A stretch of 64,000 nt of DNA, from positions 109,988,001 through 110,052,000 of the forward strand of contig NC_067403.1 of assembly GCF_016432865.1 (NCBI RefSeq), given 5' to 3'. Within the stretch, counting starts at the first letter, position 1. Every line of letters starts with the position of its first letter. Position numbers and translations under genes: made by a program. The notes under the pieces are model-generated. The model saw nothing but the letters and a program-made list of their open reading frames with translations. It ran no database searches and had not been told where the DNA came from. This stretch comes from Antechinus flavipes (taxonomy: Eukaryota). Of this stretch, positions 23,081-37,199 are shown in pieces.

Positions 23081-25486
23081 AGAAAGTGGTAAAATTAATT
23101 ATATTTTTTCCTCTCTCAATTCCATAGTTAAGAGTGGTAATAATGCCTTCAAATTCTAAATTTATTTTTTGAAGCCAATCGCTTCATTTTGCAGGATCAG
23201 AAAGTACTTGTTTTTGGTCACACAGCTATTAAGGCATTGGGATATTACTAAATCCTTAGTCTTTGGACCCTTCGTTGCTCTTTTCTCAATACTTGCTACA
23301 TTTAGTTATGGAGATTTCATACCTCATGCCAAAATATTCACCAGTTACATCTGGAAAACATTTTATGTTATGAAAATAATGGATATTTTCTACCTTACCT
23401 AAAAGTAAAATGATTTATGATTATGCACTCAACGTTGTGCCTAGTACTGTATACCTTTTCTTATCAGAAGAGATAGCAGTCATTGATATTTTTTTGGAAC
23501 ACGGCAGTTGCAAAGACAGTTAGGATGTGGGCTTACTGTTTGTTGCTGATATATGCAGAACATCTGCATTTGCTAGAGTTTTGGACTGGAGAGTAAAATT
23601 CATCTTTGTAAAGTGCATTGACTGACTACACAGAATCTGTCTCATACTTCACATTTAATACATTCCATAAATGGGTGGCCCTGCAAAAATTTAATTTAAA
23701 ATTATTTTTATTAGATTTTTTAAATGATATTCCAAAAATTGGACAAATATTTATAACTACAAGAAGATGCTCAACAGGTTCATGAAATTCTTCCAATTAA
23801 TTCTAAATACCTTTGGGAGAAAGAAAGAAGAAATCCCTAGAAAAATTACCACGTACATCTGATACTGAATTAGAAATCGATTTATAAAGAACATCTTAAA
23901 GACACACTAATATTAATATTTTTTAAAACCTTGTTGCACAAAACTAAGTTAAACAAACTCGTTTGCAAAGTCAACTTCTCATATTCCATTTTGATAAAAA
24001 TACTTTCAAAGAATGTTGTCCCATAAACAAATCCATGCTCCCTCCATAACTTAATGCCATGGTTAAAATGAAGTCTATGCAACCTTATTTATTCTTGTTG
24101 TCATACAGAAAATAATTGGTAAAAATAATTAAGGCAAAGAAAAGCCAAGCTTAATAATTAAGAGGAATTATGTGTGATATTTGTAGGGTTCCACTACAGT
24201 GAATACCTGGGAACCACCAAAGTGTAAGAAAATGGGACACTATGTATTCAGCCCTAGAGGATTAGCTTTAGCATTCAATAAAATAGCAAGCTTGCAACCC
24301 CCAGGATCAGGGAAATCCACAAGATTTAAATAAAGGAATTTCAAAAAGTCTTATGGCTTCATAACACTTTAATCCTTTCTATTTTTAACATTAATGCATT
24401 CCAAGAAAAAAAAAGCTATTTGTCATAACTTCACTTTAAGCAATAAACTCTAAAGAACCTAGAACAGGTTGGTGCAATTAACAACTTGTCAGTTTCTGTT
24501 GATCAACTTTATTAGATTAATAATATTAATTACAAAGTTTTAATCTGCCAAAAAGATAACATAAGAGCATACTAGTATATTTTATTTAATTTTAAATAAA
24601 CTCTATTGCAAAATATTATTTCTTCAGCTAGCAAGTTTAAAAAAAAAAATTAGATTTTTATACTTGAAATTGTTGTGGCGCTTTTTATTTTGGAAAAAAA
24701 AATCATTCCTTTATAATACTTTAGGCTTCTGAAGTGATTGACAGCAATAATACGGTAATCATTACAAAAATGACCTAATCATAAAAATCAAGCATGCTAA
24801 TTTCTGAGCCATTAAAAATTTACCTTAAATATATTCACATCTAAAATTATATCATGTAAAGAAACTACCACTGTTAACATGGAACGTACTATTTTCTTTT
24901 CCATTAAAAGAAAAAGTGTTCCTTCATTGGTAGCCCAGAAAAATTAGAGAACTCTGTAAGGTTTCTATTGCAATAAAGGCTGAGCTTGTTCTGAAATTGT
25001 GATAGGACTGGAAATGTTTCACTATGGGTTTCATTGATTTGACCAACATTTCTTAAATAGTGCTCTGTGCAGAGCCCTGGGCTGGAATACAACATTTAGA
25101 CAAGGCACTGCACCTGTCCTCCATGAAATTCATAGTAACATATAAACACCATTCTCTATATTGGCAATCTGCAAATAGAGTTCTCTGAAGTCTGAAGAGA
25201 CTGGAGGGGACCTTACAAATGATTCTGTTCAACCCTCTTGTTCATAGATGAAGAAATTGAGGTCCATATAGCTCAGGTTGCTTGAACAAGTAGCAGTAGT
25301 AGTTCTGTAGCAGTTGTTTATTTTTTGTTTTCAAAAAGGACCATGGTGTGCAAGTGAGTTGGATTTAAGTAAGGACCGGCTGTGTCAAGTGATATCCTCA
25401 GTCTCTACTCCAGAGCCATCTGGGTCCAGTAGAGATTGTTTCTATTTTGGCCAGAAACCCTGAGAGTCTTTCTCTCTCAGAGTGGA

Positions 25487-25491
<5 letters not shown>

Positions 25492-25542
<51 letters not shown>
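25492..25542. repeat. (TG)n microsatellite within a marsupial SINE-like element (~25305-25640)
   Basis: Direct reading; flanks resemble marsupial RTE-related SINEs (ccagagccatctgggtccagt). Confidence 0.9.
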
Positions 25543-25543
<1 letters not shown>

Positions 25544-26511
25544 CTATAGGTAACTATACAGATACAGCGGTATGGAGATTATTCTTTGCCTCATTTCTTT
25601 CTTACCTAACTTTAATCACTGACTGAGTGTTGCCTCTATTGAAGTTGTACTAGTGTGTATAAAAGAGAAAGTACCAATGATGAGATTTAAACATAGGCCC
25701 ACTAATTCCAAATTCAATGTTTTCTTCACAGCTCCCTAGAGACTTGAGAATGTTTAGAGGGAAAAGAGGAGAAAGTGGTGGAGATAAATGGAAAACATGT
25801 GAGAAAGAAGAGACAATTGCTGAAAAATCATCCTGAAAGAAACTATAACTAAGGCTATTAAATTCTACGTCAAATGCTATGTGATTTTTTTAATGAAGCA
25901 AGAAAAGAGGAAGGAATGAATCCTTCAGAATTTTCTTCACCTTCAACCAAATATACAAACCATGGGAAAAAATGATATTCTCAAATGTTACATTAATAAC
26001 CCTCTTACCAACCTCTATTATAAGCAAATTCTCATCTAAAGTAAAAACTTTTCCTGTGGAAAGGAAGGATATGATTGAAAAGGTCACCCATTGAATTTTT
26101 TTGCTGACTACAGTAATGATTAACATGAGGATGAGATAAAAATTCATGCCAATACTAATTACTCCAGAAATTAGAGTTTGCTATATATTAAGAGGGTCAC
26201 CATTATCCTTGGGTTTATTTAGGGGGAACAGATGATGCCCCTATTCCAAGGTTGTGAGATGTAATGCAACTCTACTCCACTTTTAGCACTAAACACACAT
26301 TTTAATTAATTAAATATTAATATTAATTTAACATTAAAGGGAAAAGGACAAAGTTTAGCATTATTCACTGATTATCTAATCTGTTTATGTTTAATATTTA
26401 ATATGTTTGCAGTATTATATAAATACCTGAAATATAATACTGGAGGAACAACTTGACTAGGTCAGCAAGTAAAGTCAACAGGCATTTATTAAGTACCTAT
26501 TACATGCCAGC

Positions 26512-26727
26512 TCAACAGCTAGGTGACCCTAAAGTCAGGAAGATTCATCTGCCTGAGTTCAAATCCCTACACCCATCACTTAAGTCACTTAAACCTATTT
26601 ATCCCAGGTTCATCATCTATAAAATAAACTGGAGAAGGAAATGGCAAATGACTCCAGTATCTTTGCCAAGAAAACCCCAAAAGGCATCATAAAGAGTCCA
26701 ACATTTATGAAATGACTCAACAACAAT
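26512..26727 (+). mobile_element. MAR1-type SINE
   Basis: ctggagaaggaaatggcaaatgactccagtatctttgccaagaaaacccc...atgactcaacaacaa. Confidence 0.85.
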
Positions 26728-28919
26728 AAATGTACCCCTCAGCCACTAACTAGCTAAATGACTTTAGGAAAGTTGTTACATGCCTTGGGAGCTCTATTCT
26801 TCACCTATAAAGGGAGAAGATAGCATTGATTCTAGAGACAGAGGATCTGGTTTCATAAATAAACTCAGGTAAGTCATAATTCTTTGGGCCTCAACTTCCT
26901 CGTCTTTAAAATAAAGAGAAGCTAAACAGCTTCTGATCTCCCTTACAGCTCTGGATCCTTTTTTTCTAGCTGATAACTAGGCTTCTTCCATCTCAAACAA
27001 TCTGTGATTGGCAGTATCCATCAAGTCATCCTACACACAAGAAACTCTTAAGAGCAATCCTTTTTGCAGTCCAGTGAAAAGAGAAAACAAATTAATGGAA
27101 AAACTATCTGCTGGAGGGATGAGAAGCCTCATACAGTGAAAGCAGTGGGCATTTTCAAAGGCTACAGTTCGATTCTCTTGTTTAGGATGTCAACAAGTAG
27201 ATAAACATCAATCTGGACCAGGCTGTCTTCCGATCCCTAAAGTTCCCAGAATTCTACCTCATTTGCAGCTGAAAGGGCTATAAATACATTGTGTTGGAAC
27301 CAGCTCTCAGTCATGACAATTTTCCACAAAGAAGTATTCTAAGCGAATGATCATTTTGTGCAATAGATGGGGGAAAATGGTTTGGGAAATAGCTTTTTCA
27401 AAAACCTAAATTATATCCATTTTAAGATGGGAAGCACAAAGGTTTGAGAGAAGCCCACAATAGGCACAGCCAATTGCTTATACCCACATATTTGGAAGGA
27501 ATTTCACCCCTGTTTTCTTTCCCTGTTACTATTCTCTCATTTCTTAGCTCTTCCCTGCCTCCAAAGTTATCACATCACAGCTGCCTACATCTGATACTGG
27601 CTGACACCTGCCAGTTTACATTGAAATGGGAGATCTAGTCTCATCAGGAGGGTATTGAAAACACAGTTCTCAGGTACAAATTCAGCTGTTATTTAAATCT
27701 TTTTCTTTATTCATTATATAGACAAAGAACTACCAAGAAGTGAATGAGTTTATCCAATCACCTTTCCTCACACTCAATCCCACTACCATTATAAATGACT
27801 TCTTATCCAATGCCATTCATGTCTATGGACACAAAAGTGAACCTAGCCAATTCACTAGAGGCTTTTCTCTAAGTCTGGTTATATTCTGTGGTACCAGTAC
27901 AGTACTCCACTTTCTCCAAGGGGTCATTTATGTTCCAGCAAAAGAGAAGATGGGGGATGATTCTAGTTATCTAATTATGAAATACGCTATCTGACATATC
28001 TGGCATACCAGAAATATTCTGCCAGGAACCAAGACCACACCTTTCTTTTTACTCCTCTCTTTTTACTGTTAGGAGACACCTTATTTTCCAGAGTTAAGGC
28101 CCATCAAGAAGGCATGTTTTGAGCTTAGTTAACAACAATCCTTTGCATTCATACTCCAGCAGCTAAATCACAGAACTGATGGTCCCTGTGCTTTAGCAAG
28201 CATCAACAGACCCATACCTAAAAAATATATAAAATCAAGGTTTAGCCCCACTGCCTCAGGTCTCTGACACATATGTCTCATTTCTCTCCCCTAACAGAAT
28301 AAAGAAAGCTTTTTGCTTTTAACCTATGTGAGTTCGTTGGATTATTGTTTAAGTTGTTTTATTTGTTTATTTGGTTGGTTGGTTTTGTGTCATTGTTTTG
28401 GTTTTTTGGGTACTTAACAGTGGTTGTAAAACCTCTGTGACTCTGCCCATTTGTTACCAAAATTAATCCTTCTGACAAAGAAAGATGGTGACCTTAAGAT
28501 TCAGAATGAGAAATGGCCAATTTAGGTATTTGCCATGTTGGATTGTGCATAATTGTTCTAAAAGCTTTTAGTTTGGTTTTGTTTGCTGCTAGTAGGAGAA
28601 AGAAAAAATAGATATGTTAATTGAAAAAGTAATCACTTTTTAAAAAACTACAATGAAGATAAGGTTTTATCCAACTCCTCCTGAATTTTTCTTGGAAGGG
28701 CAAGCTATAAGAACAGGTTCTTTTCAGGTTGTTTGGCTTGTGGTAGGAGAGCTCTCCGGACATATGTACTTAAAAACTACAGGTCATTTGCTTATGAGCT
28801 CCCCCAGCTAAATCACTGAAATAAACCAAGGAATAGACAATTAGAAATCTTTAAATGACTAGGATGCAGTTCAGCCACTAAAATGATTTTCCTAAAACAA
28901 GCTGAATCATGTTACTGAA

Positions 28920-29408
28920 TTGCTTAATAAACACCAATGACTCTCTATTGCCTCCAAGATCAAATACAAAATGCTTTGGCATTCAAAATCCTTCATAACC
29001 TAGTCCCCTACTACATTTCCAGTGTTCTCATATCTTATTCTAGAGAAAACTAACATATATTCCTCAATTTAGCGATTGTTTCCTGGCTATTCCACGAACA
29101 AGATATTCCCTCTCTCCTTTCCCACTACTGATCTCCATGGCTTCCTATAGGTTGTAACTAAAAAAATCCATCTTTTGTTAAAAGCCTTCCCCAGATCTTC
29201 CTAATTCTAGTCCCTTCTCTCTGCTAATATTTCTTATTTCTTCCATTTATGCTATAGAGCCTTGCTTTGTATGTATATGTTTGTGTGCTATTTCCCCCAT
29301 TAAATTGTAAATTCCTTGAGGGCAGAGATTGCCTTTGACTTCTTTTGAATCTACAATCTTAGCACAGTGCCAGATACATAGTAGAAACTTAATAAATGTT
29401 GGTCAGTG
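28920..29408 (+). mobile_element. L2 3' end
   Basis: ctattgcctccaagatcaaatacaaaatg...agatacatagtagaaacttaataaatgtt. Confidence 0.8.
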
Positions 29409-29479
29409 TTAAAATACCAATATGATATTTTTATAAAGGAAAACCTATACTTATTTCTTTGTTTTCTGAACAGTGCTCC

Positions 29480-29990
29480 AAAAGGAGTACAAAAAAGGAT
29501 AGGTTATGCAGAGAGGCATTGGTCATTCATCCTTGCTAAAGAAGAATCCATGTCCCTTATCTCCTCTAGCTTAGAGCTGTGGATGATACTCCTAATAAAT
29601 AGGAGGAGTCTAGAATTGAGGATATTTAGTCTGAACAAGAGAAGACTTGGAATAGAGATAGCTGTCTTTATGCATTTAAAGGGATTTCATCCAGAAGAGG
29701 AGTTTGGTTATATGATTTCTGAGATGCATCCAACTCTGAGAGTCTGTGATCATATTTGCTCTGTTTGAGCCCAAAAGGAAGAACTAAAAGCACTGGATGG
29801 AAGTAAACAGGGGAAGCTCTGCTAAGAAATAACTTCCTAACAACTAGAGCTGTCCAGCTCTATCACAGGATGTGGTGAGTTCTCCATTACTTCATCTTAG
29901 TCTGGATGACCCTGTGTCAGATATGTTATAAAAGGAAGATTGATATGGACTAGATGGCTTCTGGAATGCCTTCCAAATGAGATTCTGTGA
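29480..29990 (+). mobile_element. L3/CR1 3' fragment
   Basis: gatatttagtctgaacaagagaagacttgg...ttgatatggactagatggcttctgg. Confidence 0.7.
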
Positions 29991-30751
29991 TTCTTAAGAA
30001 AAGACATTGTGAGAAATTAATCTTATATTTGATAAGTATCATATTGAGACCGAGATTTTTCCCATTTTCTACTTTATCCAAAAATTAAGTTGCGTGAGAA
30101 ATAGATCTTAGAGATTTATTCTGGTTAAGACCTTACAAGCAATAAAAGAAATCCTAAGTTTGAGCTAATAGGTATATTCCTGCTCAATGTGTTTGTGCCT
30201 ACCGGTCTGGGAAATACGGGTCCAAATACGGGTCCTCTCTTTTGTCTTAACAAGTAATATGGAAATTGATGTCTCTATTAACCAAGATTTGGATAATGAA
30301 GATCACAAGACTCTCATTTTAATCTATCTTACCTCTTATTGGGCTATCTAATCAGAATTGATTGCCTCTCAGGAACAACTACTCTTTGAAAGGTACATGA
30401 ACTGTGAGACCCTAGCCACAATTGTCTTTGTCTGAGAGAGATAATAAAATGACGATCTTTTTATTAATAACAACCTGGCCTTGTAAATAAAATTGTAAAT
30501 TGTCCAAAAACCATGTCTTTTGAATTTTTTTAATAACCACAACATGAAAAAATCCATTCCTTAGAAAATTTTAATATGGTTGGCTCATCAAAAAAGCCAA
30601 AGTGTTCCCACCAAGAAAGGTAGCCAAAAAAGACAAAGCTTTAAATCTGTTGATTGAGGGTAACAGCAAAGAGCCTAGACTGGGAGGCTAACAGAAAGGT
30701 TCTACTGCATAACAATACCAAGCAGTAAATGTAGTCTATTTCCATCACAAT

Positions 30752-30783
30752 AAAAACAACAACAACAACAACAACAACAACAA
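30752..30783. repeat. (AAC)n microsatellite
   Basis: Direct reading. Confidence 0.95.
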
Positions 30784-31149
30784 TTCACTTTTCTCACAAC
30801 CTCAAGAGGTAGCCAGATCAACAGGTCTTATTTTGCTAATGTGGAAACAGATTCAAAGAGGTTAATTGACTTGCTAATAAGTATCTGGAACAGGAATAAA
30901 TCTTAGAGCCAAAAACCAAGGTTTTGACCTAATCAAATAACAACTTGTACAGAAGTTAATGTACCAAAAGAGAGCAATGATATAAAATTACTAGAGAACT
31001 ATTACTAACTATAAAAGGGCATAGAAAGCATTGAAATAAATCAGACTAACACAGGACAGTAATAACTAAATGGTAATGGTGATAACTAAAATAACAAACT
31101 CAAAAGAGGTAAGGTAAGTAGGATAATGCTGACTGCCAAGTAGGATTTT

Positions 31150-31690
31150 TTTATATGCATTAATTGTCTGTTAAAAAGTCTGAAAACCCAGATTTATAAG
31201 TAATAGACATAAATATGTGACCAAGAATATTTTCCTATAAATGGGGGACAAAAGGACATTTGGAAACAAATGTTTTCAAAATAAGAATTATAAACTATCT
31301 ACTAGCATGTACAAATGTTCCAAATCATTAATAATAAAAGAAACATAAATCAAAACAACTCTGAGGTTTTAACTCATAGTGATCAGATTGTCAAAGATGA
31401 TAAAGAGTCAATGTTGGCAGAAATGTGGGAAGAAAGGCACACTCATACACTATTGGTGGAACTGTGAATTGGTCCAATAATTCTGGAAAGCAATTTGTAA
31501 TTTTTTGAGAAAAATTAGTATTCTAATCATATTTATTGACTCAGAGACCCCAGTACAGAGCATAATCACCAAAAAAGACAAAAACAAAAAGAACACCTCC
31601 ATGTATACAAAAATATTAAGCCCCAGTTTTTTTGTGGTAGAAATTCAAGCCAATTGGAATCTTACCACTCTGAAGAATAGGATTTTTTAA
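31150..31690 (+). mobile_element. Ancient L1 ORF2 C-terminal fragment
   Basis: aaagaaacataaatcaaaacaactctgagg; cactattggtggaactgtgaattggtccaa. Confidence 0.7.
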
Positions 31691-32379
31691 ATGCTGTCTC
31701 TGATGGATAAAAGTTACATTTAAAAAACTGTTCAATATTTCATTTTTGGTGAAAAAGGAAATACTGAAGTGAAAAATATCATATGAAAAGTCTACTGAAT
31801 GTGCTTACTGTTGAATGGAGTAATTTGTGCAAATTATATCTTAAGGAAACCTTTTCATATTTGTGGTGAAAAATTGTTTACCTAAAAAATGTCAAGTTTA
31901 AAAGCAGAAAATTTAGCAACTGAAAAATAAACATTAAAATGTAATTTTGTCTCCCCAGAACAATATTTATTATTTTCTCCCCCAACTAGGATAAAACTAG
32001 TTATGATTTAAGTTTTTTCACCCTTATATTTTGTGTAGACCCAAATCAGCAAGGAACATACTGGAGTTCCTTTGGATATGGCCATCTTTGAGAAAAGTTA
32101 AGAAAAATTGTATTGAAGAGAAGAGATTCTATTTATTGATATCATATTACCTGCTTAGTAAATCCACTAATTTAGATTTAGAACTAGAAGGCTCTTAGAG
32201 ATTATTCAATTTAACTTCCTCATAGTTATACATGAGGAAACAGACCTAGAGAGAGAATATGAAATACACAGGCTCACAAATACAGTGAAATTAAAGAGCT
32301 GAGATTTGAACCTGGATCCTCTGTAATACTATGATATTATATGTGTTTCTACCAAATATACTTTATTATTATATATCCC

Positions 32380-32860
32380 AAAGACTATAATAAGTTACCA
32401 TCTGCAAGTGAAGTTAGGTCACAAAAATCAATAGCAATGATATATTGAAGGAAATGTGATAAGAACTATTCATGTAGGAAGAACTCTGGGGATTTACATG
32501 AACTCTAAGTCATTAATGTCACATGATAGCCAAAAACAAACAAAAAATTAATATGATTTTAGACTCCATTCATATAATATAGACTACTCTGGTCAGACTT
32601 TATCTATTAGAACTACATTCAGTTCTGGGCACCATGATTTTGGAAGGATAACGACAATATCCTTGAAATTGGAGAGAGCAACCAGCATGATGAAGGTACT
32701 CCAAATTATGCTATAGAGGAATGGGATGAAATAACTATGAAATAGACAAGCTATTGAACTCTAAGCATCTTAAGTGTTGATATACAGAAGAAAAAATAGA
32801 TTTATTCTGCTTGACTTCATAGGAAAAAACAGAACCACTGAATGGAAGCTGAAGAGAGAG
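32380..32860 (+). mobile_element. L3/CR1 fragment
   Basis: ctctggtcagac..tattagaactacattcagttctgggcacc..ttttggaagga CR1 RT-end pattern. Confidence 0.65.
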
Positions 32861-33493
32861 CTCTAAGTTGCCATATGCTTGGTTAGATAAAACATTAGGA
32901 GGAATGCCTAAAACAACTGCTATTTAATTATGGGGCATGCACAAAACTCAAGAAAGAAAAAAAATTAAATCATAAGTAGTTATAGAATGTAAGGGTCCTT
33001 GCAATTATAGCATGGTGCAAAAGAACAATTGGGGGGGAAGAAGGTTCTTAGAGAAAAGATTAAATTATCATGACTTTTTTCAGCAGCCAAATTTATGTGA
33101 TAAAACTTGAAAATTTCCACAGATAAACAACTTGCAATCATTTTACCACAAATATATGAAAAGGTTTCTTTATTGGTTTCAATATAAGTGGAAAAATATT
33201 TAGGGAAGCAAACTGGCACTTGTTAAATTATCTACCATATGTCAGGCACTATATGAAACATTACAAATATTATCTGATTAAATCCTCACAACAATCCTGG
33301 GAGGCAGATATCATTATTATCCCCATTTTACAATTGAGGAAAATCAGGCAGAAAGAGGTTAAATGATATGCTCAAAGTTGTACATAAAAGAAATGTCTGA
33401 GATCATTTTTTGACCCCAAATTTTCTATCTACCTAACTGCCTTAGGGAATTTTCTTATGTAGGAATGTCCTACCACTGGACTATATATGGGTG

Positions 33494-33631
33494 NNNNNNN
33501 NNNNNNNNNNNNNNNNNNNNNNNNNNNNNNNNNNNNNNNNNNNNNNNNNNNNNNNNNNNNNNNNNNNNNNNNNNNNNNNNNNNNNNNNNNNNNNNNNNNN
33601 NNNNNNNNNNNNNNNNNNNNNNNNNNNNNNN
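33494..33631. other. Assembly gap (N run)
   Basis: 138 consecutive N. Confidence 1.
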
Positions 33632-34720
33632 GAAGAAATTAAAGAGGAAAGAACCTATATGTAATAAATATTCATAATAGCTCTTTTTTAGAACAAAAAG
33701 AATTGGAAATTAAGGGGATGTTCATTCATTGGAGAATGGCTAAACAAATTATGATAGTTAAGGTAATGGAGCATTATTGTGCCTTAAGAAATGACAAAAG
33801 TTAAGGTTTCAGAAAAAAAACTGGAAAGACTTTTATGAACTGATCAGAAATAAATGAGCAAAACAAGAAAAACAATTTCAAAAAGTGTAAGGTTACTGAT
33901 AAATGCAATTATCAATCTTGGTTTCTAAGGCTTGATAATGAAATATATTTGCCTCTATCAAAGAGAGAAGTAGTTTATTTGAAAACCAGGTTGATATTTA
34001 CTTTCACATATGGCCACTGTAATGATTTTTTTCTGCTGTTACAAGGAAAGGTGGTTTTGTTTTTAGTTGGGGTTAAAGGTCAGATTTAGGTGAGAAAGAA
34101 GGACAAGGACTGGAATACCAAAGATAAAGAAGAAAAAAAAAGTCTAACAATCTCTATGGTGAGGGTGAAGAGGAGGGAAAAAAAAGGTAAAAGAATAAAT
34201 TTACATGATAACTTTAATATATACATTAAAGAAATAGTAAGTTGGGGGGGAAAAGATGATTGTACGTGAAACTACAGATCTTTTATGTACATTATATTAT
34301 GGTATAGAAATACTTGTTTTATTCAATAAATTAATTAAAAAAAAAAAACAAGGCTTGCACACTATAGAATTTAGACTAAGACTACTATTGACTGAAATTT
34401 AAAAAAAAAATATTTGTGAATGCTAAGAAAAAAGGAGCATAATTGTAGCAATGTCTAAAATACACAGAAAAGAGAGAAGTCCAGAAGGAGACAGAGTCAA
34501 GCAAAGCAGCTTTAAAGCTAACATGCTGAATTTGTCACATCACTTTCTTTTAAAAAAAGAAAATAAAATTTAATTTTTTAAAAATTGCATATAATAGAGA
34601 TTTCATGTTTTCATGTACATTCCTCATTTTTTGTTATTTTGTTTCTATAGAACTGATCATGTTTGATGATGCTTGTTAATTACACTTGAAAACAAAACAA
34701 ACTTATAAATTAAAAAAATA
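33632..34720 (+). mobile_element. Old L1 3' end and long 3'UTR
   Basis: ggaaattaaggggatgttcattcattggagaatggctaaacaaattatg; A-rich end at ~34715. Confidence 0.75.
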
Positions 34721-37199
34721 ATAATTGTAGAATGGCCTGCATCTGTAGGTAATGAGCTACTTCACTGGAGGTCTTTGAGAAGCAGCTGAATGACTATTTG
34801 TCAAGACATTATAAAGAGGCCTAATCATTTAGGTGTGTATTGGATTAAATGATCCCTGAGATCCCTGGCAACTATAAGCCCTTTGGATTTTATTGTTTTC
34901 TTAATACTCACTCATTTTTAAAAATTGTTAGAAGATAGAAGATACTGACATGCAAAGTTCATTTTCATTCCAAGTCCTTCCTCCACCTCCCCCAAATCCC
35001 CAGGGTTCCAGCCTCATCCCAAGTAAGGCAGATGCCTTAAAAGCAGATCTGTTCCTTATTCATCTACCTATCACTGAAATAGACACCATAAGAAAACTGA
35101 CTCCATTTCTGAGCTACGGGATAGCATGATGCATGGACAACAATATAAAATCATTTATTCTGCACCAAAGGAAAATTTAGAAATATCACAATTTTCTGAT
35201 GAAACTATTTCTCTTATTATGCTGTCAGCAATTCTCTCCTAAGAGGGGGAGGAAGATGCAATGCTCCAGACTCCAGATTCTAGACTAAAAATAAAACTTG
35301 TCATGATACATCTGATAAATAATAATGCAAACCATCAGCAGAAGGAGATGGGAAAGTGATAAGGAGATAAGAAATCTCATTAACTGGATATTTATGAGAA
35401 TTTATATGTAACTAAGAAAGAGTAAATAGATAGCATGTCTATCATTCAATTCTATAATTGAAACCTTGGGCTAAAAACAGGAGTCTTAAAAAAAAAAAAA
35501 AATAGTTCATCAATTAAGCCCAAGCACCTTACAGCTTGTTCTAAGGCGGAAGTCACAGGACTCCTTTACAGGCAAGGGAAATGAGGCTGAGAAAGTTCAG
35601 ATTATTTGATAAAAATTACATACCTATATGTTTCCTGGACTGGATTTGAACTCAGTTTCTTGATTCCAGGTCCAGGATTCTATCCACTGTACCATCTTGA
35701 TTAGGATATATGTCAATTATAATTTTTATCATAGAGTATCAGTTTTAAAAATGGACAATTATCCTACTGAATTTTAAAATCTTATGTTAAATTGATTTGC
35801 CATCTTATTGAACTGGAAGCAATCTATTAAAAGTTTCAAACTCTTTGCATAAGCACAGAACTTTGCAGAGAAAATTTCCTCTTCATATTTTACCATATAC
35901 TTTAGAAAAAATTAATACTTAATGTTTGTTATAGAACTACAGAATCCCAAGGTTAGAAAGGATTTTAAATATCTGGGTCAAATTGTAGCCTATTTGAATT
36001 TCTTTTCAGGTAGCTTTGCTTAAAGACCTCCAATGAGAGGGAATTCAACAGCTCCACACTCCACAATCCATTTTATTCCATACCTCTAATTGTTCTGAAT
36101 TTTTTATGCTGATCTTTCACTTTTTAATCCTGGTTCTGTCCTTCCAGGACTGTTCCTTCTCCCACATAATAGCCCTTCAAATATTTGAAGAAAGTTAATG
36201 TTCCCTTACAATTACTCCAGATTGGCCATTCTAATTCCTTCCATTCTTACACTTAGAAGCCAAGTAATCTAATAGAAAGGATGTTGGAGTTGGAGTTGAA
36301 AGAATTAATTCATTCCCCCAGCCCTGAGACTTTGCTTGGACTAGATATACAACATATATATCCACCACCACCATTTATCCTGCAAGAACGCTGTAAGGAA
36401 AGACTTTTGTTGAGCTATAAACTATAAATTATCTTTTTATGACTTTTTTTTTCCTCCAGAAAAACTGTAGCTTTGGCCCTTGTGCACTTTGATGTCATGA
36501 AACCATATTTTTGACTATATCCATGTCCTGAATGATACCATTCAGCTTCAAAGTGCTTTATCACTTGTAGCCATTCAAAAGAATTCAATTCAGCAGCCTT
36601 TGGGAGCTCATTCTTCATTCCCAGGGCAATCACAAGGGATTATTCTGAATTAGGTTACAGATTTGTAAACCACAATATTAGTAGTGAAATGTTTAGGCCT
36701 CTGGCATCCGTGGAGAATTTCAAAGCAAAGTTTACTCTGAGCCTCAACATTCCTTTTCAGTGAGACCAAAGAGCAATATAACCTTGAACTGTGCTCTGAA
36801 TGTAAAAGGCACTTGAAAAAACTGGATTTAGAAGAAAAAGATTTCAAAGATACGGCTTTCTGGAGAACATCTTACCTACCCCCCTTAAGTATAAATTTTA
36901 GATCCATTAAACTCGGCTTGGATTTTATCTTCAAGGGAACTGTAGTTATTGTGGCATTCTATGCACAGCCATGAAGCCTGTATTTTGTTAAGTGAAGATA
37001 TTTCTTGGTTAGAAAAATTTTCACCTTTTCAAGCTGAGTACTAATGAGCTTCTCCTGCTCAGAAAGAGAAATGGATTGTACTGAAGCCCCGAGAAGTCTA
37101 GGGCTCCTCTCTACTTACCTTCCTTTTTGTTTTCCTACTATACTAGTACCTTTTTTCCACTATTTGTGGTGTCTTATGGCTCACCTGACCCTTGTTCCA

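Noticed and set aside
29406-29768. 120-aa ORF
   Set aside because: It lies within decayed L3/CR1 sequence, so it is a repeat remnant.
36460-36670. SH2-like fragments (ALALVHFD...FSSLWELILH...GLF)
   Set aside because: They are spread over different frames with stops and lack the FLVRES-type core, so they cannot be told from chance.
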